The notes under the pieces: generated by a model | Database searches by the model: none | Told to the model about the DNA's origin: nothing | What the model saw: only the letters and a program-made list of their open reading frames with translations | Origin: Octopus vulgaris | Taxonomy: Eukaryota | Length of the DNA: 64,000 nt | Direction: 5' to 3' | NCBI GenBank assembly: GCA_951406725.2 | Contig: OX597814.1 | Location: forward strand, 36,208,001 to 36,272,000 | Shown: positions 1 to 12,267 of the stretch, piece by piece | Numbering within the stretch: position 1 is the stretch's first letter | Layout: every line of letters starts with the position of its first letter | Translations under genes and position numbers: made by a program

Positions 1-172
1 TTTTGTGCCTTATAATATAACACACTCACCGGTAAAATTTCCACTTTTTTCTTATTTTTATTTATGTGTTATATTATAAGGCACGAAAAGAAAATGACTC
101 TCCCCAGACACATCAGAATATGCTTCAACACATGAATTCATATAAACAATCTTGCAAACCAAATCCCAAAAC

Positions 173-231
<59 letters not shown>

Positions 232-262
232 GTATATATATATGTGTGTGTGTGTGTGTGTA

Positions 263-309
<47 letters not shown>

Positions 310-537
310 CATAGGGAGAGGCTATGAGAGGTAATGGTGTCAATGAGACCCAATAGTGTCAGGTAATGCTGAGTAAATGCTATGGACAGACCATAGTTAA
401 GCTCCAGGTTCGGTGATTATGTGAATAAGGAGTCCATTGTATGTCATATATCAGCATGTGTATATATAAAAAAGTGTTTTTTCAGAATGAGATAAAAAAC
501 CAAGGCTGTGAAGATTTTAGAACATTTACAAATAGAA

Positions 538-586
538 GGTCTTACAGCTGTTTCCAGGATATTTTTTATATCCCTTCATTGGAGGC
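538..586 (-). ncRNA. Degenerate minimal hammerhead ribozyme (PLE pLTR type)
   Basis: Minus strand reads gcct-CCAATGA-ag-GGATAT aaaaa ATATCC-tg-GAA-ACAGCTGT-A-agac. Stem III is palindromic with a GUA triplet, but the core CTGATGA is mutated to CCAATGA. Confidence 0.5.
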
Positions 587-906
587 GGTGTGAGAAAATG
601 GTTAAGCAATAGTTAATTTAGATAAGATATGAAATAGAGAGTGAAGTGGAGGAATGAAAATAGATGTGAGATATGCAGGGATATTGCATTTGTAGATCCA
701 TTATTTAGGCAGAATGGTATACATATAAGATTTCAATACCTTCTGAGTAAACTCCAATAGTATTTAAAATTGGTCATTCCAAGTATAGAGTTTGTATTTA
801 GTGCTATTAAATCAAGGGTTTATTTAAAGTGACCTAAAAGTAGGGAATGTATTTGTAAGGTCAAATCGAAAACAGGAAGAGAGGAATAAAGAAAAAAAAA
901 GAAAAC

Positions 907-1043
907 CATCATCATCATCATCATCGTTTAACGTCCGCTTTCCATGCTAGCATGGGTTGGACAATTTGACTGAGGTTTAGCAAACCAGATGGCTGCACCA
1001 GACTCCAATCTGATCAGGCAGAGTTCCTACAGATGGATGCCCT
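907..1043 (-). mobile_element. SINE-like repeat with (GAT)n tail (family C), truncated
   Basis: (cat)n-cgtttaacgtccg..ccatgctagcatgggttgga..gctgcaccag..ggatgcc. The same sequence recurs about 10 times in the window. Confidence 0.75.
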
Positions 1044-1075
1044 ATATAGATAGATCGATAGATAGATAGATATAC

Positions 1076-1120
<45 letters not shown>

Positions 1121-1125
<5 letters not shown>

Positions 1126-2068
1126 TTAAGGGTAGAAATTGATATTTATCAATTAAGACCAGTGGTCTAGCATATTAAAGAATCCGAAGATTAAAATATT
1201 TATATATACCAATTAAGGACTGAACACGAAAAGTGGACAGTCAACATGCTAGATATAGACGTCAAATCGTCATTCTCCACAAAAGATTATGTTCTCAGAT
1301 CAAACTCAACACAAAACCATAGCAATAAACAAGTGAAAAATATACGAAATAAAATAATTACCCATGTACTAACTTAGTTTCAGCTGAAACTAAGTTAGTA
1401 CATGGGTAATTATTTTATTTCGTATATTTTTCACTTGTTTATTGCTATGGTTTTGTGTTGAGTTTGATCTGAGAACATAATCTTTTGTGGAGAATGACGA
1501 TTTGACGTCTATATCTAGCATGTTGACTGTCCACTTTTCGTGTTCAGTCCTTAATTGGTATATATAAATATTTTAATCTTCGGATTCTTTTAATATGCTA
1601 GACCACTGGTCTTAATTGATAAATATCAATTTCTACCCTTAATTAATTTTATATAAATAAATGTTCTCTAACCGATAAATTAACTGCTGCTAATTATTAG
1701 CTGCAGGCTAGTTTTCTCGGTCTCAACGCGCCAAAGTAAAGGCATTTGAAAGATATATTCAAATGTAATAGGCTGAACTCCATGCACGCGATATTTCGGT
1801 ATCGTGTTTGCATTTAGTCCAGCAAATTACATTTATAACGGACCATGCTGATGATGGCTGCAGTTTTCCTTGCGGAAAATAACAGCTGAAACTAAGTTAG
1901 TACATGGGTAATTATTTTATTTCGTATATTTTTCACTTGTTTATTGCTATGGTTTTGTGTTGAGTTTGATCTGAGAACATAATCTTTTGTGGAGAATGAC
2001 GATTTGACGTCTATATCTAGCATGTTGACTGTCCACTTTTCGTGTTCAGTCCTTAATTGGTATATATA
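1121..2068 (+). mobile_element. Non-coding hammerhead-bearing element (PLE pseudo-LTR / retrozyme-like) in a (TA)n tract: inverted arm + 502-bp unit + partial direct repeat
   Basis: 1121-1383 is the reverse complement of 1384-1647 (one indel seen). 1381-1566 is repeated directly at 1883-2068. (TA)n lies on both flanks. An HHR is at 1843-1907. Confidence 0.75.
1843..1907 (+). ncRNA. Type I hammerhead ribozyme
   Basis: Motif reads CCATG-CTGATGA-T-GGCTG..TTTTCC ttgc GGAAAA..CAGCT-GAA-ACTA agt TAGT-A-CATGG. Stem I is CCATG/CATGG, stem II GGCTG/CAGCT, stem III ACTA/TAGT. The GUA triplet is at 1900-1902. Confidence 0.8.
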
Positions 2069-2519
2069 TATATATATATATTTGAATTCTAAACATAGAT
2101 GTATGTGAATAAACATTGATGCCGAATATTCACTAGCAATGATCAGTATTATTTAGTTGGATACTGCAAAGATCATCTCTTCAAGAATGTTGCTAATTAA
2201 TTACAAATGCTTGTAATGCTTAAGAAAAAAAAAGAGAACTCTTCAAGGACCCTAGATGATTATATACACCCGCACTTTCAAGAGGATGCTTGGAAGGTGA
2301 TGGTTGAATAACTACGAAAGCAATCATAAATAGCAATCAACTGCAATAACATATATGTGTAAGTGCATATTAGTGAGTGTCTGTGTGTGTATATATGTAA
2401 ATATTTTTCTTTATCAAAGATGTATATTTTATGTATGTATATATTTTATGATGTATGTATTACATTTTCCCACAAAGTGGTAAGGCTTTTGTTTCTTATA
2501 ATTTACTTCATTAATGCCT

Positions 2520-3070
2520 GGGCTACTCTGAGTATTTTCTCACCACACATGCCTAATTTATATACTACAGATTAAATTTCTGGAATGTTTTATAAATGTT
2601 CTGCATCTCCATTAATTGCAGGAAATTTTGCAATTAATCTTGTTCTTTCTGCTTTTGTGAAGCCCATCCTATCAAAATAAGTACCGATGTAAATCATCGC
2701 AGGTGTAAATTAAAATTATATCCAAATAGCACGTGCAGATCACTCATTAGTTTAGAAAATGTTTTCTGGTTCTGTTATCATTAACATTATGCTAACGTAT
2801 GTTGGACAACTGATTTCTGTTACTATAACATACTTTCTCTTCTTAGCATAAATCATTAAGACTGTTATGTTGGGCTTATATTTTGAGGTTTGAACATTTC
2901 ACCTGTATTTATTTAGATTATAGGTGAGTATACTCCCCACATTTCTATAAACTCTAATGTTTTGATCTTTAGAACTATTCTTCCCTGAGAATTGAATTGG
3001 ATAGTGTTTCAGTCACAACATTATGACTCATAGGAGAGCTGATATTCTCAATCCCAGTTTTCATATCACA
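2520..3070 (-). mobile_element. Decayed 3' end of a restriction-like-endonuclease LINE (R4/Dong/NeSL-like)
   Basis: Broken minus-strand frames read KYKPNITVL...TEISCP...MGFTKAERTRLI...YKTFQKF. This resembles the RLE C-terminus and the fragment at 20465-20590. Confidence 0.4.
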
Positions 3071-3293
3071 CACAATTATATTCTGCAGCCTTATTGCTCA
3101 AAACAAAACCAGTGACAATATATACTCAGATCTAATTAAATTAATAGCTGAACATCAGCACCTTATACTCAGTGCAATTACTGAAGAATTTAGATTTAGT
3201 AAACGTGACCATGAAACAGTTTCACAGTATTAGGTGAAAATTGTCGACTGACTGAATACTCTATCTATGGTACTACTTTAGAAGGCAGGTTAA

Positions 3294-4314
3294 CCCTTTT
3301 GTTACCAACCTGACTGAAACTGGCTCCACCACAGCTCCACCCTTGTCAGCCGGTTTTATAATGTCTTTGTGGCGTCAGAGATATCGAATGGCTGAGACTT
3401 TAGCTGGGGAGATGTTCAGATGTTGGGAATGTATGGAAAAGTCAAACCAGTTCACAGCACGCTAGCAGACGTCCACAAAAAGATCGATTGCTTGGAACTG
3501 GCCAGGAGCTGGTGTCCACTGGGATGGTCGGTGGCCCAGGTCAGTGAAGCAGTCCTGCTCATTAGATGCAGGTGGAATGTCACCGAATAGCGCACACAAC
3601 GTAACATGGTTCACAAAGCTGTGGATATCGACACGAGTCCGAAATTCATTGCTGGATGGAGTGAATGGGATGAAGCACAGGCCCCTACTGAGGAGGGAGC
3701 ACTCTACCTCAGAGAGGAGAAGATCTGGAGGAATGGTGATAACAGACCGAAGTGGAGAAGGGGCTGATGGAACAGAAGTGGGAGGGAGGGGGTAGGGGGA
3801 AGTTGGATTAATGGCATCGGGTGTGATGGAATGGAGGAGTGAGTGGAGCTTACGTACGAAGGAGATGATTTTGATGAATTGAGTAATGTAAAGTAGATTT
3901 TGCATGGAAGGACGACTGGGAGAAGAAGAAAATGGAAAAAGCAAGAGGGAGAAGGCAGTCGATGGTATGTATTTTGGAGAGATTAGAATGAATGGTGGTG
4001 TGCAAAAGCTGGTAGGAACTAGTACGAAGTATGGGTAGGATGCTTGAAGCAGAGTGGAGAGTGGGGGTGGAAATGGATGAGGCGGCGATGAAGGCAGTGA
4101 CTGAGAAAGAAAACGTGGCTAGAGAAGCATGTTTTTTCTGAAAATGAGTAGGGAAAGGTTAATAGAAGGTTGAAAGCAGTGAAAAGTGTAAGTGGAAAGG
4201 TGGTTTTTTTAAGGTGGTAGTGCAGGTGGAAGAGGAAAGGTTTGTAACATACTTTGTGATATTTAAATTGAAAGAAACACAGAGCATCTCAAAATAAATA
4301 CAGTAATGAAAGGG
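3294..4314. mobile_element. piggyBac-type non-autonomous element (TTAA TSD) containing a PLE fragment
   Basis: Termini read TTAA|CCCTTTTGTTAC ... GTAATGAAAGGG|TTAA, with TTAA at 3290-3293 and 4315-4318. Confidence 0.7.
3326..4240 (-). mobile_element. Penelope-like element 5' fragment (N-terminal pre-RT region)
   Basis: ORF 3462-3944 has VITIPPDLLLSEVECSLLSRGLCFIP..SQWTP. It is followed by ISPAK..AI....KDI-IKPADKGGAVV, the conserved PLE pre-RT motif. Confidence 0.7.
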
Positions 4315-4837
4315 TTAAGAGACTCTCTTGTATATGTCTTTGTAAATGACAGAATTCAGCAATAACTTTCAAGTGAAAGTAGCTCTCTCACACTGAAGAA
4401 ATCATTAGAAGCTGCAATTTCTTTGGAGTTTGCTATGATGGACTCACTGACAATTCAAAACTAAGTGCATTCACCATCAATTAAATAAACTCAGTAAATT
4501 TTCAAGGTCAGTCAACAATACTCATCAGGAGTTACAAAAGAATATTTCTGATGTGGTGGTTAACATATTAATACTTTTGTTTTCAAAATTAAGGAATATT
4601 TTTTACTGTAAAAACCCATGTGTTGCAAGAAAGTAAGATTAGAGCATTGCTCAAAACCTAAACATGTAAACCATCTGCTTTAAATTGCCCAGTCATCCAT
4701 GTGCCAATCTCTTACAGTGAAGTAGATATTTATACCATGTATAAGATAAAGGAAACAAATCTAACTATTTATAACTGCTTTCTTTCAAACACAGTCTCTA
4801 ACACATACACAAAGAAATGCAGCTTTATATTATATAG

Positions 4838-6450
4838 ACACCACAGACAAAGAAGTAATCACAAGACTTAAAATGGACGATAGAGTAGACACATTAATAC
4901 CAAAATATCCATATACAAGCTTGAAAGACCACAAACCAGACTTCAATAACAATCCATTTGTCACACTAAAAAAATCCTGTGAAACCAGACATAGGCATTA
5001 TTAGTAAAAAAAATCATATGCAAATTCTCACCAAAAAGAAAAACGAAATCGATATTATTTCTCTGGAGTAACACTTACACGGTAATAGATTGTCTCAACA
5101 AGATCCGAAACAAAAATGGATGTCATTTCTTTCAGTTTGGCATAAAAGATTATTATATGTCAATAACAAAACCTGTTTTCCTAAACAACACTGATAAAGA
5201 AATAATATTACAAGCAGGGAAATAGCTCCTCTTTCACAACAATGCTTTCTGGATTAGGAAAAACATTGAAGAATCATTTGATGTAAGCATAAGATCAAAG
5301 GACTTGACAAAGGTAAGTGACATCGTTGATCTTTACATAGAAAACTTGCACAACAAAAATTCATTCATGTCAGTCTATATTGGGCTGGCTGACAACTCCT
5401 ACTAAGAAACCACAATCCACGAAAAAAAAACTGATAAATTTAGAAGGGAACTACATTACTATTTCAAAAACTTGGGCTTCTCCATTAAAGTAGTAACATG
5501 ACTAAAATCAGTCAACTTCCTAGATGCTACCCTTGGCAAGGAATCCTGTATCTAAAAACCCTTCAAGAAAGATAACCTAAATATTCAGTATATAAATAGA
5601 GAACCACCCCAAAAGCATTATCAGAAATTTAGTAAAGAACATTTCTCCCAAACTTTCCACTTTAACTTTAAATGGAAAAATACTAAATGAAATATCAACT
5701 CCATATAACGAAGCTCTCAGTGACAGTAGTTACAAGAAAACAGTGCAATATATAAATAACAAACTTCTCACAATAAATAAGATATGTAAAATTAGAAAAA
5801 GGAAAATCATCTAGTTTGATCCCCCTTTCAACATACAAGCCTCCACACTAATAGCTAAATTATTTTTTCAAGATATTGCAAAAACACTTCCACCTCAACC
5901 AGAAGTACTACAAACTAAAAAACAAACCCAATGTAAACTTGTCATACTCCACTACCAACAACTTTGAAAGAAGTATAGCCAGTTACAACCACCAAGAATG
6001 TCTAAAAGTGAAAACCTAAACTACATAGATAATAACAATTACAATTGTCAAACACCTTCATGTTGCCCTCTAGAAGAAAATTGCCTCTCAAGATATATCA
6101 TATATAGTGCAACACTAACCTCAAACACGACACCAACTACTATATCTGCATATATAAGATCTACAGAAAGCCAGTTCAAGACATGATACAAGCAACATTT
6201 TTTGCAACCCAAATAGGAAAAATGATACATTACTATTCAAATATATATGGACATTAAAATAAAAAAAACACTGTTTAGCATCAACTGGAAAATACTATCA
6301 CACACACAACCATACCAAGGTAATAACAATCCCTGCTAATTTTGTAACATGGATTCTATCACATTCTCACATGCATAGACCAAATTCTGAACTGAAACTC
6401 TGAAATAGTCTCTTCATAGAAGCACAAAACCTTTTTCAAACCAATAAGTT
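4838..6450 (+). mobile_element. Decayed Penelope-like element (Naiad-type RT + C-terminal GIY-YIG)
   Basis: Motifs seen: LKDHKPDFNNNP, FFQFGIKDYYMSI, FDVSI, VNFLDATL, RKRKII*FDPPFN, NCQTPSCCPLEENC, IIYSATL..YIRSTE..FK, PC*FC. Many stops and frameshifts. Confidence 0.85.
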
Positions 6451-7630
6451 TTCTAGTAGCTAGACATGTAAATCTTTCACAACTCCCCTCCCACCACCTA
6501 CACCCTAAACTATTCCAATGATATACTCAAAAAACTTTTACACTGCTATATTTAGTGGTTATTTAAACAATGAATTAATGGATGATTAATGGATTGGATG
6601 GGTGCTGAGGAAAAAGCAAAATTTCCTAAAATATGGTATATATTTCCACTACTCAATTCTGATATTTAATTTCATTGTTGTTCATATTAAGTATCTCTGA
6701 TACAAAACATCATGACAAAATCAGTACTGGCTATAATTTCTAGAGAATATATATATATAGATAACCTTAAAAAGTAATATAATAGCACTGCTAACACAGT
6801 AGAACACAATATTGACTTATAAAAGTGTTTAATATACTTTGTAGTATATTATAGTTGCTTAATGAAATATGGTGTCCCTACAGGTCATGAATATGTATAT
6901 GAATTACTATGCATGTATACGTGTATGAATATATATGCTTTCAATTTTTGTCTACCAAGCCTGTTCACAAGTTAGGCTTTGGTTGGCCAAGTGCAGTTAG
7001 TATATGACACTGAAGTATCATGCAATGGGACTGAACCCAAAATTCCATGTATAGTATCTTGGTTGGGAAGCAGAATTCTCAGTCGCAGCTATGTCTGTGT
7101 CTAGAGGTATGTGTGTATATTTATGTAAGTGTATATTCATAAATGTAGTTATGAAGAAATATAATTCCATTATTTGACTGGAATGTTGAAATTTGAAATA
7201 TTTTGCTAGAAGTGATTGTCAGCAGCAGTTGTGTATATTATAATATATATTATTGCTATTCATGTTACATCACCAAAGACTGATGTCTTTGAATTCACTT
7301 ATGCCACATTCTTGTTAATTCCTCTCAAAGTTTTCCTTTAACAGCAGTTAGGTCACATTGCGTAAAGATAAAATATTATTATTTTTGATGGCAATGGAAT
7401 GCCAGGCTATGAGACATAGTAAAGAAGAGACAAGTAAAATATATCAGTCACCCCATCCAGCAAAAATGATGTAATAGATATTTTGAAACAATAGGTTTCC
7501 TTCTGTATTCACACAGAGTTAGTATAGACATACATACATATATACATACATATATACATACATACATACAGACAGACAGACATAACTACATAAATATATA
7601 TATGTGTGTGTGTGTATATGTATATATTTT

Positions 7631-7662
<32 letters not shown>

Positions 7663-7705
7663 CATATACATACACATAAACACACACATATATATATGTA
7701 TGTAT

Positions 7706-7823
<118 letters not shown>

Positions 7824-8225
7824 GACAAACAGATAGATAGATAGACACAGAAGTGGCTTCTTTCAGTTTCCATCTACCAAATTTACTCACAAGGTTTTGG
7901 TCAGTCTGAGGCTGGAATAGAAGAGACTTGTCCAAGATGCCATGAAGTGGGACTGAACTTGGAACCATACATGTATAATAAACATATGTTTTTATGTGCA
8001 ACTATTAGTTTTAATGTACTGAGAGCATGTCAGACAGTATTTTTTAACATGTCTGGTATCCTAGCAAAATCATAAGGACACCAGACGTGGCATACTCTCA
8101 GTATAAGAAACTAATAGTAGCACATAAAAATATATATTGTGTTTATTAAATAGTACTTATTTCACACCAGATGGAAAACTTTTTTGCTGATATTACCATC
8201 ATGGAACAGTACACTGTCACTACAT

Positions 8226-8258
<33 letters not shown>

Positions 8259-8277
8259 AATACATGAATACAAACAC

Positions 8278-8317
<40 letters not shown>

Positions 8318-8817
8318 TAATACAACTGAAACAATTGTTGGTGTCATCTAAAATAAAGATATGATTTTCTTTATACATATTATTGATTATCCAAACATAT
8401 ATAAACATACACATACATGCATGCAAATATACATACATATGTAAATAAATATACACATATATATACATATGTATATGTGTATATAAATATATATACATGT
8501 ATATATGTGTACACACACACGCATACACATACATACATGCACACACACTCACATACATACTAGTGTGAACACGCTAACTTTAAGATGGCATTTTTTACAT
8601 TGGTCTTATATCATTGTATCATATATTCTATAGGATATATGTATAAGCATACGTATGGCATGCATGTGAGAAGAATGCTGACAAGACAGGCTGTATGAAT
8701 GAAGCCTGGATATCAATAATGGAAAACTTATGGCTATAAGATGAATTGCAATTCTGTTAGGAGAATGTGCATTTATAAAACAAGAAAAACTTCTACCTTA
8801 TTTCTGCCCATATATTT

Positions 8818-8857
<40 letters not shown>

Positions 8858-9134
8858 ACACACACACACTATGATGCACTTTTAATACAGTTAGTATCTG
8901 TTACTAAACACACTATCATAAAAAATACTGTGATCATATGTATTGCATTTATGTGTAGTGAACAACTAAGTCCATCTCATTCTAGGTTTTGACCCCATTT
9001 TGATGCAAACCAAAGAAAGAAGTATATTCTTTGCTTATATATAAAATGCAGTTATACAATTAAATATTGTTGCATACAAAATGAAAGTGAAAGAAGCTGA
9101 TATGTAGATATAAAATAGTGATGTAATCTTAGTA

Positions 9135-9352
9135 TTTTCTTTTCTACTTTAGGCACAATGCCCGAAATATCTTTAGGGGGAGGGGCCAGTTGATTAGATC
9201 GACCCCAGTATGCAAATGATACTTAATTTTCGACCTTAAAAGATGAAAGGTAAAGTCAACCTTGGCAGAGTTTGAACTCAGAATGTAAAGACTGACAAAA
9301 TATGGGTAAGCTTTTCACCCAGCATGCTAACGTTTCTGCCAGCTTGCTGCCT
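9135..9352 (-). mobile_element. SINE family D (Meta-domain-like)
   Basis: Minus strand reads ggcagcaagctggcagaaacgttagcatg..ttctgagttcaaa..ccaaggttgactttacctttcatc..ggtcgaaaattaagta. Other copies are near 26315, 31750, 35475, 42975 and 50160. Confidence 0.7.
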
Positions 9353-9739
9353 TAAAGTAACCTTAGTATTGTTAAAGCAATGAGCATACATACACAAATG
9401 TGCCCCACTGAATATGTTTCTACATAACCTCCAGAAATATAGACATGTGTGAAAGTAATTTTCTACATATATGCTGTACATGGGTTAGGCTCTGATTATG
9501 TATGAATTTGTTTTGAAAAAAGTGTTTCTGGGGGAGTGCGAAGAGGAGTTTCAGAAAATTCATGGAAATTGGCTTTGTTTCTTCATACACCAGTCAGTGG
9601 GTATGACTCCTTTATGTATCACCTGATTGACTATACAGGTGACTAGACTGTAGCCTACACTACTAATATATAGCAAAGCAACAAAAAATTTAAAAAATAG
9701 AAAAAGAATTAAGATAGTTGAACTATTAAAGGCAAAAGT

Positions 9740-10070
9740 CATCATCATCATCATCATCATCATCGTTTAACGTCCGTTCTCCATGCTAGCATGGGTTGGA
9801 CGGTTCGACCGGGGATCTGGGAAGACAGTAGGCTGCACCAGGCTCCAGTCTGATCTGGCAGTGTTTCTACAGCTGGATGTTCTTCCTAATGCCAATCACT
9901 CCGTGAGTGTAGTCAGTGCTTTTTACGTGCCAGGCAAGGCTGGCAACGGCCACGATCAGATTGGTGCTTTTTACGTGCCACTGGCATGGAAGCCAGTCAA
10001 GGCGGTGCTGGCATCGGCCACATTCGGATGGTGCTTTTTACGTGTCACCGGCATGGAAGCCAATCAAAAG
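9740..10070 (-). mobile_element. SINE family C copy with internal ~60-bp repeat units
   Basis: (cat)n, the family C body, then ggtgcttttacgtgcc repeats. Similar copies are near 14815-15230, 27860-28075, 36305-36740 and 37805-38020. Confidence 0.75.
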
Positions 10071-10131
10071 TAATCCCGAATAATATCCATTGCAAAGTGC
10101 AAGAAGCAATTCAAATCTACGGCCTTTTCAG

Positions 10132-10231
10132 GAGTCACCGCAACAATCCATTAACACATTGAAACACCAAACCGGCAATGGCCCCATCATCAAGAAAAAA
10201 AGTATCTTCACCAAAGAGGTTCCACATTCTG
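10132..10231 (+). CDS. Candidate host exon, unknown protein (ESPQQSINTLKHQTGNGPIIKKKSIFTKEVPHS)
   Basis: Acceptor ccttttcag, donor G|gtaatg, open frame, non-repetitive sequence. It ends in phase 1, matching the next exon. Confidence 0.3.
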
Positions 10232-10472
10232 GTAATGTGTCCAATGGTGTGAATATATGGAGATGATGTAAAGTTGTTTGCCCAATTCTGATGTTTATTT
10301 TTTTAACCACTGAGTTTGTCTTTTGCATTGTATTTTTTACTTGAGCACTTCTATTTGCAGCCCTATATTCATTTTATTTTTTGATTCCTATAAGGAGAAA
10401 CAAAATTTAAATGTTATATATCTCAATGCTGTTATACACACACACACATAGATAGATATAGATATATATGTA

Positions 10473-10534
<62 letters not shown>

Positions 10535-10539
10535 TAAAA

Positions 10540-10577
<38 letters not shown>

Positions 10578-10697
10578 CGATAGATAGATATAGATATATA
10601 TGTATATTAATATATATATATTATATATATATATATGTATATATATGTATATATATTTATATATGCATATATATATGTATATACTTATGTATATTGG

Positions 10698-10738
<41 letters not shown>

Positions 10739-10804
10739 GCACACACCATCTTTTATATAAGCTATTTGGGAAAAAAAATGAATTTATTATTATATCTGTT
10801 ATAG

Positions 10805-10856
10805 AGAGAGAAATAAAGAAAGTAAAAGAAAATAAACAGACATACTTGCTTGAAAG
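10805..10856 (+). CDS. Candidate host exon ([18 protein letters not shown])
   Basis: Acceptor tctgttatag, donor AG|gtaaaa. Phase 1 in, phase 2 out. Confidence 0.35.
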
Positions 10857-11121
10857 GTAAAAATAGTTTTATTTTGAAGAATATGTTGTTTATGGGAATA
10901 ATTTAGATAATAATTTTGTATCAAAAACCTTTATAAAAATATTTTTATTTTAAAGTGATGCAAATTTTTCAGTAAAAATAAATCATGTATACAAGTTAAC
11001 TTTCTTTATGGAAGGTTTTTCTTATCGATGTCTTATCTCTTAATGCTGAGAAATCTTTAATATTAGCCAAAACAAAAATTAAATGTCATACATTAAATCC
11101 AAGGATATCTTGATATTTCAG

Positions 11122-11182
11122 ATTAGCAGGAAAGGATGACCTTTTCAAAAGACTGGAAATATGTAGAAGTAGTGGCATATGA
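11122..11182 (+). CDS. Candidate terminal coding exon (LAGKDDLFKRLEICRSSGI*)
   Basis: Acceptor tatttcag. The only frame open for 20 codons is the one that is phase-compatible with 10805-10856. Confidence 0.35.
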
Positions 11183-11233
11183 AAAATGACATTGATGTTT
11201 TGCGATAAGAACAATGTTAAGACTTTGACAGGA

Positions 11234-11283
<50 letters not shown>

Positions 11284-11332
11284 GGTGGTGGTGGTGATGA
11301 TGATGATGATGAGGAGGAGGAGGAGAATGGTA

Positions 11333-11363
<31 letters not shown>

Positions 11364-11499
11364 CATCATTAATAATGGTTCAGCAGTGATGATGATGATG
11401 ACGACGATGATGTCATTAATGATGAACCAGTAGGGAGGGAAGAGGTGATGATGTTGACAACAGTGAAGTCAGTGATCCAACTGGGACACACCAATAGTT

Positions 11500-11533
<34 letters not shown>

Positions 11534-11870
11534 CGATGATAATGCTGATGTTAATGCCAACAGTGATTGTGTGGGTGATGATGGTGATGGCAAAAAATGA
11601 AGATGTTGATGATGATAATGATGATGATGATGATGGATTATGATGGTAATTATTAGAATGATTTTAATGAGCATCATTGCACACAATACAAAAACTATCA
11701 AAAGATTAAAGAAGCATGGACGTGTAAGGAGAAGATTCTGAAGAATGTTACAAGGAACAAAACAACATTCGGTTTTATAATAACAAAAAACAGCAAAAAT
11801 GTACCACTACCACTACCGCTGCCGCCACCACTACTACAACTATGACTGATGATGATTATGATGGTAATGG

Positions 11871-11910
<40 letters not shown>

Positions 11911-11950
11911 AAGGATGATGATAGTAATGGTGATGATGATGATGATGACG
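11234..11950. repeat. Compound (GAT)n/(GGT)n/(GAG)n microsatellite region
   Basis: Seen directly. It explains the poly-M, poly-D and poly-H ORFs. Confidence 0.95.
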
Positions 11951-12267
11951 ATTGCAATTACACTAACAGTAACAATATCAATAATAACAAGATACCCTGT
12001 TTATTGTCTAACAGAATGTGTACCGTTATGGATGACAAAAGGAGTGCTGTCATTATACAGAAAAGATAAGACAAAAAGGATTAAACTACAAGCTTATCAT
12101 GTGTTTTGATCTCCTGTGGAAACAATAGAATATGTTGATAGCTGTTTGAATATACTTTTTCATGTAAATAGTACACCTGCATTATGTGAGAAGAGCACAG
12201 ATGTTAGAGAATATAAGACAGAACAGGTGACTACTGTATTTTGACAAAATAGTTCTTCAGAAGATAA

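Larger units (their letters stand above)
3060..4760 (+). mobile_element. Ty3/Gypsy gag remnant, interrupted
   Basis: Left part reads ITEEFRFSKRD.ETVSQY. After removing 3294-4318 the frame reads LEGRLRDSLV...NDRIQQ*LSSE..LTLKKSLEAAISLE, followed by decayed zinc-knuckle-like sequence. Confidence 0.6.

Noticed and set aside
1-89. Inverted repeat at the window edge (1-24 versus 65-89)
   Set aside because: It is real but truncated by the window boundary and cannot be classified.
4838-6450. In-frame TGA codons as selenocysteine (Naiad selenoprotein)
   Set aside because: The TGAs seen (~5499, ~6184) fall at non-Cys positions amid TAA/TAG stops and frameshifts. Cys codons are ordinary TGY in the 15950 copy. 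This fits decay.
6690-6735. Hammerhead downstream of the first PLE
   Set aside because: Only ctgata and a near-palindrome remain, and both core boxes are broken.
7352-7474. Upstream exon of the 10.1-kb candidate gene
   Set aside because: The acceptor is plausible, but there is no convincing phase-0 donor.
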